Below, in pieces: positions 19,014 through 28,256 of a DNA stretch of 64,000 bases (its first letter is position 1; each line of letters starts with the position of its first letter). Origin of the DNA: an uncultured Gemmatimonadaceae bacterium (GTDB lineage: Bacteria > Gemmatimonadota > Gemmatimonadetes > Gemmatimonadales > Gemmatimonadaceae); contig OY970320.1 in NCBI GenBank assembly GCA_963716745.1, positions 1,984,001 to 2,048,000 on the forward strand, in the 5' to 3' direction. Made by a program: the position numbers and the translations under genes. Under the pieces are notes generated by a model. The model was given only the letters and a program-made list of their open reading frames with translations. It had not been told where the DNA came from and searched no databases.

Positions 19014-19409
19014 ATGCATCCATCACGCCGTGCCGGATTCACTCTCATCGAGCTGCTGACCGTGGTCGTGATCATCGGCATCCTGGCCGCCATCGCGATC
19101 CCGAAGTTCTCGAACACGAAGGACAAGGCGCTAGAAGCGTCATTGAGCGCCGACATCCACCGGATGGCGAGCGATGAGGAGGGCTGGTACGCGGATCACG
19201 GGACGTATGCCGATGCCGCGACGATGGGATTCGTGGCGACGACGCAGAACACCGTGAACATGGGCGTTTCGGGCGTCGGTGGCTGGAGCGCCGAAGTCTA
19301 CTCCACGGCCGATACGCGCGCGTGGCGCTGTGGTCTCCAGATCGGGAACGTCGCGCCGGTGAGCGGGAAGATCCTGAGGGAGAGTGTGATCTTCTGCTAC
19401 GCTCCGTAA
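19014..19409 (+). CDS. Type IV pilin-like protein
   Basis: RRAG|FTLIELLTVVVIIGILAAIAIPKF class III signal; two C-terminal Cys. Confidence 0.9.
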   Translation: MHPSRRAGFTLIELLTVVVIIGILAAIAIPKFSNTKDKALEASLSADIHRMASDEEGWYADHGTYADAATMGFVATTQNTVNMGVSGVGGWSAEVYSTADTRAWRCGLQIGNVAPVSGKILRESVIFCYAP

Positions 19410-19417
19410 AATGCGGG

Positions 19418-19464
19418 CATCGTGCTGCGTGCATCGTGCGATGCACGATGCACGATGCACGATG
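19418..19464. repeat. Heptamer hairpin (CATCGTG / CACGATG) between convergent genes
   Basis: 22-nt arms with 20/22 complementarity and a 3-nt loop. Confidence 0.8.
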
Positions 19465-19466
19465 AA

Positions 19467-19961
19467 CTACAACGCTTTCTTGATCGCCGCCGCGAGATCC
19501 TGGTCGCCGCCGAGGCCGGTGTAGACGATGACGCCGGCCTTGTTCATCACCACCACATAGCTCGTCGCGGGCACGTCGTAGGCGCCCGTCGCGAGGCCGT
19601 GCGTATCGTAGAAGATCGCGTGCGTGAACGAATGCTTCGTCGCGTACGCCTTCACGCGCGCGGCGCTCTCGTTGGCGCTCACGGCTACGCCCACGAACTG
19701 CACGGTGCCGGCGTACTGTTTCACGAGCGACATGAGTTGCGGCTCGAGCGCGCGGCAGTTCTCGCACCAGGTGGCCCAGAATTCGAGCACCACCGGGCCT
19801 TTGCCAATGTACGCCGAGAGATTGGCGTCCTTACCGTCGAGCGTTTGCACGACCGCGGCGGGCGCAGCGCTCCCCACCGGGATCCCGAGGTCGCCCTGCT
19901 GCGCCGCTGCGACGATCACGCCCGCCACGATCGCGGCGCTCGCGAGGATGGTTCTCATCAT
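19467..19961 (-). CDS. TlpA-family thiol:disulfide oxidoreductase
   Basis: Signal peptide; VVLEFWATWCENC; YDVPATSY. Confidence 0.88.
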   Translation of the reverse strand: MMRTILASAAIVAGVIVAAAQQGDLGIPVGSAAPAAVVQTLDGKDANLSAYIGKGPVVLEFWATWCENCRALEPQLMSLVKQYAGTVQFVGVAVSANESAARVKAYATKHSFTHAIFYDTHGLATGAYDVPATSYVVVMNKAGVIVYTGLGGDQDLAAAIKKAL

Positions 19962-20647
19962 GTGAGCAGTTTCCCCATTTCGATCAAGTAGTACTCGGCG
20001 GCGCCCAAGAGGATGGCCGCGAGCGCCCGTTTCACCCACACCATCCATACACCGGCGCGCGGCATTCGGGCCAGGAATCCCGCCGACAGTCCGGCCGCAA
20101 CGAGCACCGCGCATAAGCCCAGCGAGAACACGAACAGGTAGATGAATCCGAGCGTGGGGCTGTGCTTCGTCGCGACCCACGTGAGGACACCCGCCATGAT
20201 CGGCGCGCCGCACGGTGCCGCGACCAATCCGCTTGCGGCGCCCATCGCGAACGCACCCGCTGCGCCGCCGCTGGCGCCGGCGTTCGAGGCGCGCCGCAGC
20301 ACCCACTGCGGCACCCGCACCGGGATCACATCGAGCATCGCGAGTGCGAAGAGCAGCAACAGGTTGGCCATGAGCAGCTGCAGCCACGGATTCGTGCTCA
20401 CGGTGCCGAAGATCGTTCCGGTCATGCCGGCGATGACGCCGAGCGCCGCATACACGATCGACAGCCCCAGGACATACGCGAGCGTGAGCATGACCGCTGG
20501 CCGCCGCGCCGTCTCACCCACCGACTGGCCCCCGACGATCGCGATCGTCACCGGGATCATCGGGTAAATGCACGGCGTGAAGCTCGTGAGGACCCCCGCC
20601 AGGAAGAGGGCGGGGAGGGCCGTAAGGGGGTTATCGAAGCTCGGCAA
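19958..20647 (-). CDS. ccdA: CcdA / DsbD transmembrane-domain protein
   Basis: SFTPCIYPMIP and LVAAPCGAP; six TM helices; overlaps the tlpA start. Confidence 0.85.
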   Translation of the reverse strand: MPSFDNPLTALPALFLAGVLTSFTPCIYPMIPVTIAIVGGQSVGETARRPAVMLTLAYVLGLSIVYAALGVIAGMTGTIFGTVSTNPWLQLLMANLLLLFALAMLDVIPVRVPQWVLRRASNAGASGGAAGAFAMGAASGLVAAPCGAPIMAGVLTWVATKHSPTLGFIYLFVFSLGLCAVLVAAGLSAGFLARMPRAGVWMVWVKRALAAILLGAAEYYLIEMGKLLT

Positions 20648-20763
20648 TTCTAATCAAGCGGTAGATAGGGGAGAGTGGGCCCGCGGGACTGGCACAACGG
20701 ACTGCGACGCTGGGGCGTAGGAGCCGTAGAGAGTGTTACGAAGGCACTTGGGAGTGGCATGCA

Positions 20764-20811
20764 ACCGATTCCCGATGCACGACGAACGATGCCCGATGAA
20801 CGCGTTCATCG
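20764..20811. repeat. Degenerate CACGATG/CCCGATG heptamer tract
   Basis: accgatt cccgatg cacgacg aacgatg cccgatg aacgcgt tcatcg. Confidence 0.55.
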
Positions 20812-21024
20812 CGTCCTCGTCGGCCTCTCGGTCGGGAAGAGGCGGTCCGGTTTCGCGATGGTGTTGTCGATCACGTCGAGCAGCAGGAAGAGCGCGATGA
20901 GACACGCGAAGGTGAGGGCCACGACGACCACATAGTCCGCCCAGCGTCGGCGGATGAGGCGCCTGACATGGGAGAAGCGCCGGTGGCGCCTAGTCGAGCG
21001 GGTCGAGCGGGTCGAGGGATGCAT
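20806..21024 (-). CDS. Putative small single-TM membrane protein (72 aa)
   Basis: Arg-rich N-terminus then YVVVVALTFACLIALFLLL; fills an otherwise empty gap. Confidence 0.45.
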   Translation of the reverse strand: MHPSTRSTRSTRRHRRFSHVRRLIRRRWADYVVVVALTFACLIALFLLLDVIDNTIAKPDRLFPTERPTRTR

Positions 21025-21121
21025 TGGAGTTACGAGACAGCATACGTCGGAGCACGCCGCGACGCCAACGTCCTCCGCGATCGGTCGAGCGCGCGTTGAA
21101 CGCACACTGAGGAATCCGGGA

Positions 21122-22261
21122 ATGCTCTATCACGCCCCAACACTCACGGCCCGCGATCACGAGCGGGTGGACCGCATCCGTGCCCTGCACGAGAGCCTGA
21201 GTTACGCAGTCACGAATGCACCGTCTCGATGGCAGACGCTCTTCCGGCGCGACGCGTTGGCGCGCGCCGTGCGCGGATCGATCGCGATCGAAGGACTCGA
21301 ACTCAGCGTGGAAGATGCCATCGCCATCGGCGAGGGAGAATCCGCGATCGACGCGTCGCCGAGGGCGGTGGCGGCCGCCGAGGGCTTCACGATGGCCAAG
21401 AGCTACGTGCTGGAGCTCGCGACCGATCCGCACTTCGAATACTCCGACGCGCTCATTCGGAGCCTGCATTACATGATGATGCGGCACGATGCGTCCGCGA
21501 ATCCGGGGCGCTGGCGCTCGGGTCCGACGAACCTGCTCGACCCATCGCAGAAGGAGACGGTGTACGATGGGCCCGACGCCGGCGAGATCCCCGACCTCGC
21601 GCGTGAATTGTTCAATGATCTGAACGAGAGCGAACGCTCGACGATCCCATCGGTGGTGCGCGGCGCGGTGGCGTACGTGAATCTCCTGCTGCTGCAGCCC
21701 TTCTCCGACGGGAACGGCCGCATGGCGCGCTGCCTTCAGTCGCTCGTGACCGCCCGCGCCGAACCGCGTGCCCCGGAATACGGGAGCCTCTCGGAATACC
21801 TCGGCGCGAACACCGCCGCATATCGCGCCGCGATGAGGCAGGTATCGGGGCGCCGCTGGGAGCCGTCGCGCGACATCCGCTCGTGGCTCGACTTCTGTCT
21901 CACGGCGCACGAGCAGCATCTCCAGACCCTGCTGAACCGCGCGCGCGACATGGAGCGGCTCTGGGACCTGCTCGAGGCGGAGGTGCGCCGGCACGAATTG
22001 CCCGAGCGCGTGATCTGCGCGCTGCTCGATGCCGCCGGCGGTTCGCGCGTACGGAACGCGATGTACCGCAGCGCGGCCGAGATCTCCGACCAGGTGGCCG
22101 GTCGCGATCTCGTGCAGGCGGTGGGCGCAGGCCTGCTCGTGAGCCAGGGCGATGGGCGAGGCCGGTTCTACAAGCGCTCGGAAGAGCTTCGGGCTCTCCG
22201 CGACCGGACGCATGCGCCGGAGCGGGCGCGGAACGGAGCGGTGGCGGCCGCGGTGGGTTAA
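21122..22261 (+). CDS. Fic-domain protein with probable C-terminal winged helix; catalytic His replaced by Gln
   Basis: SIAIEG inhibitory motif; LH..M; QPFSDGNGRMAR; GDGRGRFY C-terminal motif. Confidence 0.85.
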   Translation: MLYHAPTLTARDHERVDRIRALHESLSYAVTNAPSRWQTLFRRDALARAVRGSIAIEGLELSVEDAIAIGEGESAIDASPRAVAAAEGFTMAKSYVLELATDPHFEYSDALIRSLHYMMMRHDASANPGRWRSGPTNLLDPSQKETVYDGPDAGEIPDLARELFNDLNESERSTIPSVVRGAVAYVNLLLLQPFSDGNGRMARCLQSLVTARAEPRAPEYGSLSEYLGANTAAYRAAMRQVSGRRWEPSRDIRSWLDFCLTAHEQHLQTLLNRARDMERLWDLLEAEVRRHELPERVICALLDAAGGSRVRNAMYRSAAEISDQVAGRDLVQAVGAGLLVSQGDGRGRFYKRSEELRALRDRTHAPERARNGAVAAAVG

Positions 22262-22315
22262 CGAATGGCGGCGGCGCTCGTCTCAGCAACGGCACCACTC
22301 CAACGGGGGACCGTC

Positions 22316-23083
22316 ATGTTGCGCCGCGCGTTGTGCCTTGCCGCCGTGATACTCGCCATCCTGCTGCTCGCGATCCTGCCGGTGCACTCGCAGGCCGCGC
22401 CGAGCGCGCCGATGGCCGGCATGAAGATGGATCCCGACACGAGCGACGTGCTCGCGTCGGATGCGAACGAGCAGATGAGCGGCATGCTGATGGACAGCCC
22501 GCACATGAAGATGACGCCGCTGGGCGCGCCCAAGGCGGGCGACTCCGTGCGCGCGGACAGCATCGTGCGCGAACTGCGCGTGGCGCTCGCGCGCTACCAG
22601 GACTACAACGTGGCGCTGGCGGACGGATTCCGGATCTTCCTGCCCAAAGTGCCGCAGAAGGTGTATCACTTCTCGAACCTGCACAGCGCGGTGTACGCCG
22701 CGTTCACTTTCGACCCGGCGCGTCCGACGAGTCTGTTGTATCGCAAGACCGCGGACGGCTACAAGCTGGTGGGCGCGATGTACACCGCGCCGAAGCGCGA
22801 GGATCTGGCGCAGCTCAACGAGCGCGTGCCGCTGAGCGTGGCCCAATGGCACGAGCACGTGAACATCTGCGTGCCGCCCAAGGATCAGCTGAAGCGCATG
22901 ACCGAGACGCAGGACGGCAAGCTGCTGTTCGGCACGAAAGGTTCGATCGCGACGCAGGAAGCGTGCGACAAGGCCGGCGGTCGCTTCTACCCGCTGCTGT
23001 TCGGCTGGATGGTGCACGTGAATCCGTGGGAAACGGATCCCAAGCTGATCTGGGGGACGCACGAACACGGCCACGTGGATTGA
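22316..23083 (+). CDS. Exported Met/His-rich hypothetical protein
   Basis: Signal peptide; Met-rich N-terminus; YHF, WHEHVNIC, WMVHV and HEHGH tail. Confidence 0.75.
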   Translation: MLRRALCLAAVILAILLLAILPVHSQAAPSAPMAGMKMDPDTSDVLASDANEQMSGMLMDSPHMKMTPLGAPKAGDSVRADSIVRELRVALARYQDYNVALADGFRIFLPKVPQKVYHFSNLHSAVYAAFTFDPARPTSLLYRKTADGYKLVGAMYTAPKREDLAQLNERVPLSVAQWHEHVNICVPPKDQLKRMTETQDGKLLFGTKGSIATQEACDKAGGRFYPLLFGWMVHVNPWETDPKLIWGTHEHGHVD

Positions 23084-23146
23084 ACTCGGCGGCGTGATCG
23101 CGGGGTGACGGACGAGCGGAGCGGATAGTCTCTGAGGCAGTGCATT

Positions 23147-23174
23147 CGACTCCCGACTTCCGACTCCCGAGCGC
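23147..23174 (+). repeat. CGACTCC heptamer tract upstream of the polysaccharide operon
   Basis: cgactcc cgacttc cgactcc cgagcgc. Confidence 0.6.
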
Positions 23175-23177
23175 TAA

Positions 23178-24164
23178 TTGACCGCCGCTCCTCCCCGCTC
23201 CACGACATACCTGATCACGGGCGGCGCCGGCTTCATTGGCTCGCATCTCTCCGATGTACTGCTCGCCGCGGGCCAGCGCGTGCTGTCCATCGACAACCTG
23301 TCCACCGGGCGCATCGAGAACATCGCGCACCTGCTGGGCCACCCGCAGTTCCATTTCGCGCAGGCGTCGATCACCGAGAAAGTGGTGCTCGACCGGCTCG
23401 CGTCGCAGGCGGACGTCATCATCCATCTTGCGGCCGCGGTTGGCGTGCAGCTCATCGTCGAGCATCCGGTGCACACGATCGAGACGAACGTCGCCGGCAC
23501 GGACGCGGTGCTGCGCGTGGCGCAGACGTACCGCGCGCGTGTGCTCATCGCGAGCACGAGCGAAGTGTACGGCAAAGGGAGCAAGCTGCCGTTCGCCGAA
23601 GAGGACGACGTCCTGCTCGGCGCCACTTCCAAGAGCCGCTGGGGCTACGCCGCGAGCAAGATGATCGATGAGTTCCTCGCGCTCGCGTATCACCGCGAAT
23701 ACGGATCGCCGGTGGTGGTGTTCCGGCTGTTCAACACCGTGGGTCCCCGGCAAACGGGACAGTACGGCATGGTGGTGCCGCGCCTGATGCGCCAGGCGCT
23801 GCGCGGCGAGCCGCTCACGGTATTCGGCGACGGCACGCAGCAGCGCTGCTTTTGCGACGTGCGCGATGTGGTGCAGGCGATCGTCGGACTCGCGCATCAT
23901 CCCGCCGCGCTGGGGCGCGTGTTCAATGTGGGCAGCGAGGAGGAGATCTCCATCCTCGAGCTCGCCAAGCGCATCAAGGCGCTCACGAATTCCAAGAGCG
24001 AGATCAAGCACGTGCCATACGCCGAGGCATACGCGCCCGGCTTCGAAGACATGGCACGCCGCGTACCGGACATCTCGCGCGTGAGAGCGCTGCTCGGCTG
24101 GAGTCCGCGGCGGCCGCTCGCCGAGACGCTGGAAGCGGTGCGCGAGCACGAGGCGCGCGCGTGA
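23178..24164 (+). CDS. NAD-dependent nucleotide-sugar epimerase/dehydratase/decarboxylase (extended SDR)
   Basis: TGGAGFIG, STSEVYG, YAASK and RLFNTVGPRQ. Confidence 0.9.
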   Translation: MTAAPPRSTTYLITGGAGFIGSHLSDVLLAAGQRVLSIDNLSTGRIENIAHLLGHPQFHFAQASITEKVVLDRLASQADVIIHLAAAVGVQLIVEHPVHTIETNVAGTDAVLRVAQTYRARVLIASTSEVYGKGSKLPFAEEDDVLLGATSKSRWGYAASKMIDEFLALAYHREYGSPVVVFRLFNTVGPRQTGQYGMVVPRLMRQALRGEPLTVFGDGTQQRCFCDVRDVVQAIVGLAHHPAALGRVFNVGSEEEISILELAKRIKALTNSKSEIKHVPYAEAYAPGFEDMARRVPDISRVRALLGWSPRRPLAETLEAVREHEARA

Positions 24165-24899
24165 CGCAGCCCCGGCTTCTGAGCATCATCATGCCGTGCT
24201 ACAACGAGGCGCGCGGCGTGGACCGCACCCTCGACGCGCTGGAGCAGTTGCGCACGCGGCTCGCGGCGCAGTTCGTGACCGTGGAGATCATCGCGGTGGA
24301 CGACGGCTCCAAGGACGGCACCGCGGAGCGCCTCGATGCGCGCGCGGCCACCATGCAGCGGCTCACCGTGGTGCGGCAGCCCGAGAACCGCGGCAAGGGC
24401 GCGGCGATCCGCGCGGGACGCGAGCAGGTGAGAGGCGAGTTCGTGGTGTTCCAGGATGCCGACATGGAGCTCGATCCGGCCGACATCCCGCGCCTCATCG
24501 CGCCGCTGCTCGACGGCCGTGCCGACGCGGTACTCGGCAGCCGCTTCGCGCGGCGCGAGGAGCATCAGGTGCGGAATTACTTTCACCGCCTGGGGAACAC
24601 CGCGCTGACCACGATGTCGAACGTGTTCACGGGGCTCGATCTCACCGATATGGAGACGGGCTACAAGGCGTTCACGGCGCGGGCGTTCAAACTGATGCAC
24701 ATGACGAGTGACCGGTTCGGGATGGAGCCCGAGATCGTCGCGCGATTGGCGCAGATGCGGGCGCGGGTGTACGAGGTGCCGATCTCATATACCGGGCGCA
24801 CGTACGCCGAGGGGAAGAAGATCACGTGGCGGGACGGCGTCGCGGTGTTCTGGCACATCCTCAAGGCATGGGCGAGTTCGGGGGACCAGCCGAAACTGA
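24161..24899 (+). CDS. GT2 polyprenol-phosphate glycosyltransferase (DPM1/GtrB-like); 3' end uncertain
   Basis: IMPCYNE, VDDGSKDGT, QDADME, DMETGYKAF and EGKKITWRDG; reads through into the next gene as assembled. Confidence 0.85.
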
Positions 24900-24907
24900 C
24901 GCGACGC

Positions 24908-26291
24908 ATGATGCCGCGGTGGCTGGTCGCGTTGGCGTTGCCGGTGCTGGCCGCAGTCGCGTTCTGGTGGTGCTGCCCGCCGCAGTATCGCGTGGCCGAG
25001 AGCACCGACTACGAGGGGTTCTACCGCCCGGTGGCGATGCAGGTGCTGCAAGGCAACGGACTCGTCACCGAGAGTGGGGCGCCGGCGCTGCGGTACCCGC
25101 CCGGGTATCCGCTGCTCGTGGCGGCGTCGTCGGCGTAGGGAACGCCATCGGCCTCCCCGAGTCGACATGCGCTCGACTTGCTCACGTCTCGTGTGCATCG
25201 CGCTCTCGTCGCTCTTTCTGTACCTCATCGCGCGCGACATGTGGGGCGGACGGTCTGGCGCTGCTGCCGAGTGTGGCGTGGAGCACGTATCCGCTCGCGC
25301 TGTGGCTCACGAAGCAGCCGAACAGCGAAGTGCCGTTCACGGCGGTGCTGTTCGCTGGCGCGCTCGTGATGTGGCGATTGCTGCGCGGCGCGAAGCCGGA
25401 CCTCGGCCTCGCCGCGGCGGCCGGTGCGTTGGCGGGCGCGGCGATGCTCGTGCGACCGATCGCGATCTCTGCTGCCGCTGGCGTTCTGCGTGCTCGTGTG
25501 GCGCTTGGGCGGCGTGTGGGACCGGCGCGGGCGCGTGCTCGCTGGCGCCGCGATCATCGTACGTGAGCGTCGCGGTGGTGCTGCCATGGGAGGTGCACGC
25601 GAGTCGCGCCGAGGGGCGATTCGTGATGCTTAGCACGGGCGGCGTGCCGAGCATGCGCGACGGACTGACCTTCGGCGTGAACGCGGACAAGGGATACCGG
25701 CACGGGATCTATGTGCCAGATGCGATCCGCACCGTGATGATCAATTTCTACGCGAAGTACGACAGCCTCGACTCGTTCGGTGCGATCGCGCGAGAAGGAA
25801 TGCACGAGCTGGTCACGCACCCGGTGGGGATGGCCGGATTGGTAGGGATGAAGCTGCTGCGCGCATGGTACGGCACCGACAGCCAGCGATTGGATCTGTA
25901 CATCGCGCTGGTGCAGGTGGTGTATCTGGCGCTGCTCGCGCGCGCGGCGCGGGTCGCATGGAGATCGGGAGGCGAACGCCGGCGCTCCGCGACATTGGTG
26001 ATGGTGCTCATCGCCTATTTCTGGCTGATGAGCGCGCTGGCGCTGCCGCTGGTGCGGTACATGGTGCCGGCGATCGGGTTGGGGTTCCTCTGGTTGCCGG
26101 TGCTCGCGGAGAAGCAGGAGACGCGCCGGGATGTACTTGCCACTCTGTCCACTCAGTTCGCGCGGTGGCTATGTTCTTGGCGATCGCTAACGCGGGAAAA
26201 TCCGCAATGGCGCCCGAGCACAACTGACTATAATATTTGCTCGAAGCGCTACCGGCCAGCGGCTCCGAGTGCGATTCGCACGTCAAAATGA
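24908..26291 (+). CDS. Polytopic GT-C-like (ArnT/PMT-like) membrane protein, multiple frameshifts
   Basis: N-terminal TM then DY..Y, RYPPGYPL, NSEVPF, LVRP and RYMVP in successive frames. Confidence 0.6.
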
Positions 26292-27270
26292 TCCAGTAGG
26301 TAGCGTATCGCCGAGGCGAGAGCGGCAACATCGCCGGGTGGCACAGTAATCCAGGTGACTCCATTGGTAATCGTTTGGGCCAGACCGTCGACGGCGCTCG
26401 CGATCACCGGAGTATTCGTGGCAATCGCCCCCGACCGCGACGATTCCCAGGGCTTCTGACCTGCTCGGCACCACCACAAGAATCGAGGCCGCCATCCTGG
26501 CCAGCAGCTCGGGCCTCGGCAAGCTACCTGCGAAGATGCAGACGTCACGAAGACCAAATTGGTCGACGGCTGCCTCCAACCTGGCCCGATCCGCGACGAT
26601 CTCCTGCGATGACGGCTCTGATAAAGGGGTGAGTTCGAGAACGTGGCGAGCGCAGCGATCGGTAGTCCTGACCCTGCTGGAGATCAGGCGCCCCGGGCAA
26701 ACGATTTCCGAGTTCTCGAGCGACTGTCGAGCGCGGGATCGGATACCCCAATAGGAAATGCGCAGACGCGCTCTGCGGGGACGCGATACCGCTCGATTAG
26801 GTCCCTGCGGGACGCAGCCGAGTTGGCGATGACATGTGTGCAACGAGGGTAGAGCAAGCGCCGATATGCGACAATTCTGGCACGCCGGTGAAGTGAATCT
26901 TTGGTGTCCTGAAGAATCTGCTGAAGCATTGTATGATACCAGCAGACTCGAACGGGCACGTCGAAGAGCCAGCCGGCGATCGTAACGATCGAATTCGCGC
27001 CGAAGTTCGCGATGACGCAATCGGGTCGCTCCTCCCGAATGAGCTTCACAAAGAACAACAGGTCAGCGACCTGCGTGGGACGCGCGCTAGGCCACGACAC
27101 AATCCGTGGGTTGCTCGATCTAGCTGTGACGCGCGAGACCGAGCGGTGGTCGCATACGATTATGACTCTATGTCCCCGGTCCACGAGCTCAGCGGCTAAC
27201 CTTTGGAACGAAGTCGAAACTGCGCCCCGGTTTAGGCTGATCGCGATGATAAGTGTGACAAGAGATTCAT
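26156..27270 (-). pseudogene. Degraded GT4 glycosyltransferase in inverted orientation
   Basis: IREERPDCVIANF, VIANS, VVPSRSEALGIVAV and PVIASAVDGL in three frames; in-frame TAG near the 3' end; visibly more AT-rich than the flanks. Confidence 0.65.
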
Positions 27271-27396
27271 TGAATGAGTTTCCAGCCTACCACGGATATA
27301 CTTCGAATCGACCAAACATTTGTGCCGAATAGTGCTACTCGCCCCTATATATTACGCACTTCGAACCATTATCGCGGAGTGCGACTGACAGTACCG

Positions 27397-28256
27397 ATGA
27401 GCCAAGTGACTGGTGAAGGCGTCGATGAGTCGCTAGACGGGCACTCACGGTCATCGAGCCCGCGCGCGGCTGGGTGTCCCTGAAACTGCGCGAAGTGTGG
27501 GCGTCGCACGAGCTGCTGTACTTCCTCGTGTGGCGCGACATCAAGGTCCGCTACAAGCAAACGGCACTCGGCGCCGCGTGGGCGATCATCCAGCCCCTGC
27601 TCACGATGGTGGTGTTCAGCCTGTTCTTTGGGCGGCTCGCCAAGGTGCCGTCCGACGGGATCCCGTACCCGCTCTTCTCGTTCACGGCGCTCGTTCCCTG
27701 GACGTTCTTCGCGACCGGGCTCACGATGAGCTCCAACTCGCTCGTGGGCAGCGCGAATCTCGTGCAAAAAGTCTACTTCCCGCGCCTGATCATCCCGATC
27801 GCCACCGTGCTATCGGGCCTCGTCGATTTCGTGATCGCAATGCTCGTGCTCTTCGCCATGATGGCGTGGTATCATGTCGCGCCCACCTGGAATGTGCTGT
27901 GGTTGCCGGCGTTCATCGTGCTCGCCTGCGTCACCGCGCTTGGCGTGGGGCTCTGGCTCTCGGCCATGAACGTGAAGTACCGCGACGTCCGGTTCGTCGT
28001 GCCCTTCCTGGCACAACTCTGGATGTACGCGACACCGGTCGCGTACCCGAGTTCACTGCTTCCTCCTCCGTGGCGCACGCTGTTCGGGCTCAATCCGATG
28101 GCAGGTGTCGTCGAAGGGTTCCGCTGGGCGCTGCTCGGCGTGAACACGCAGCCGGGCCCGATGCTCCTCGCGAGCTCACTGGCCGCGATCGCGATCCTCG
28201 CCAGCGGCGCGTTCTATTTCCGCCGCATGGAACGCCTCTTCGCGGACATCGTCTGA
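27397..28256 (+). CDS. wzm: Polysaccharide ABC transporter permease (5' indel)
   Basis: [36 protein letters not shown] and LNPM. Confidence 0.9.

Noticed and set aside
13402..23174. Heptamer repeats as a CRISPR array
   Set aside because: No regular repeat-spacer periodicity and no cas genes
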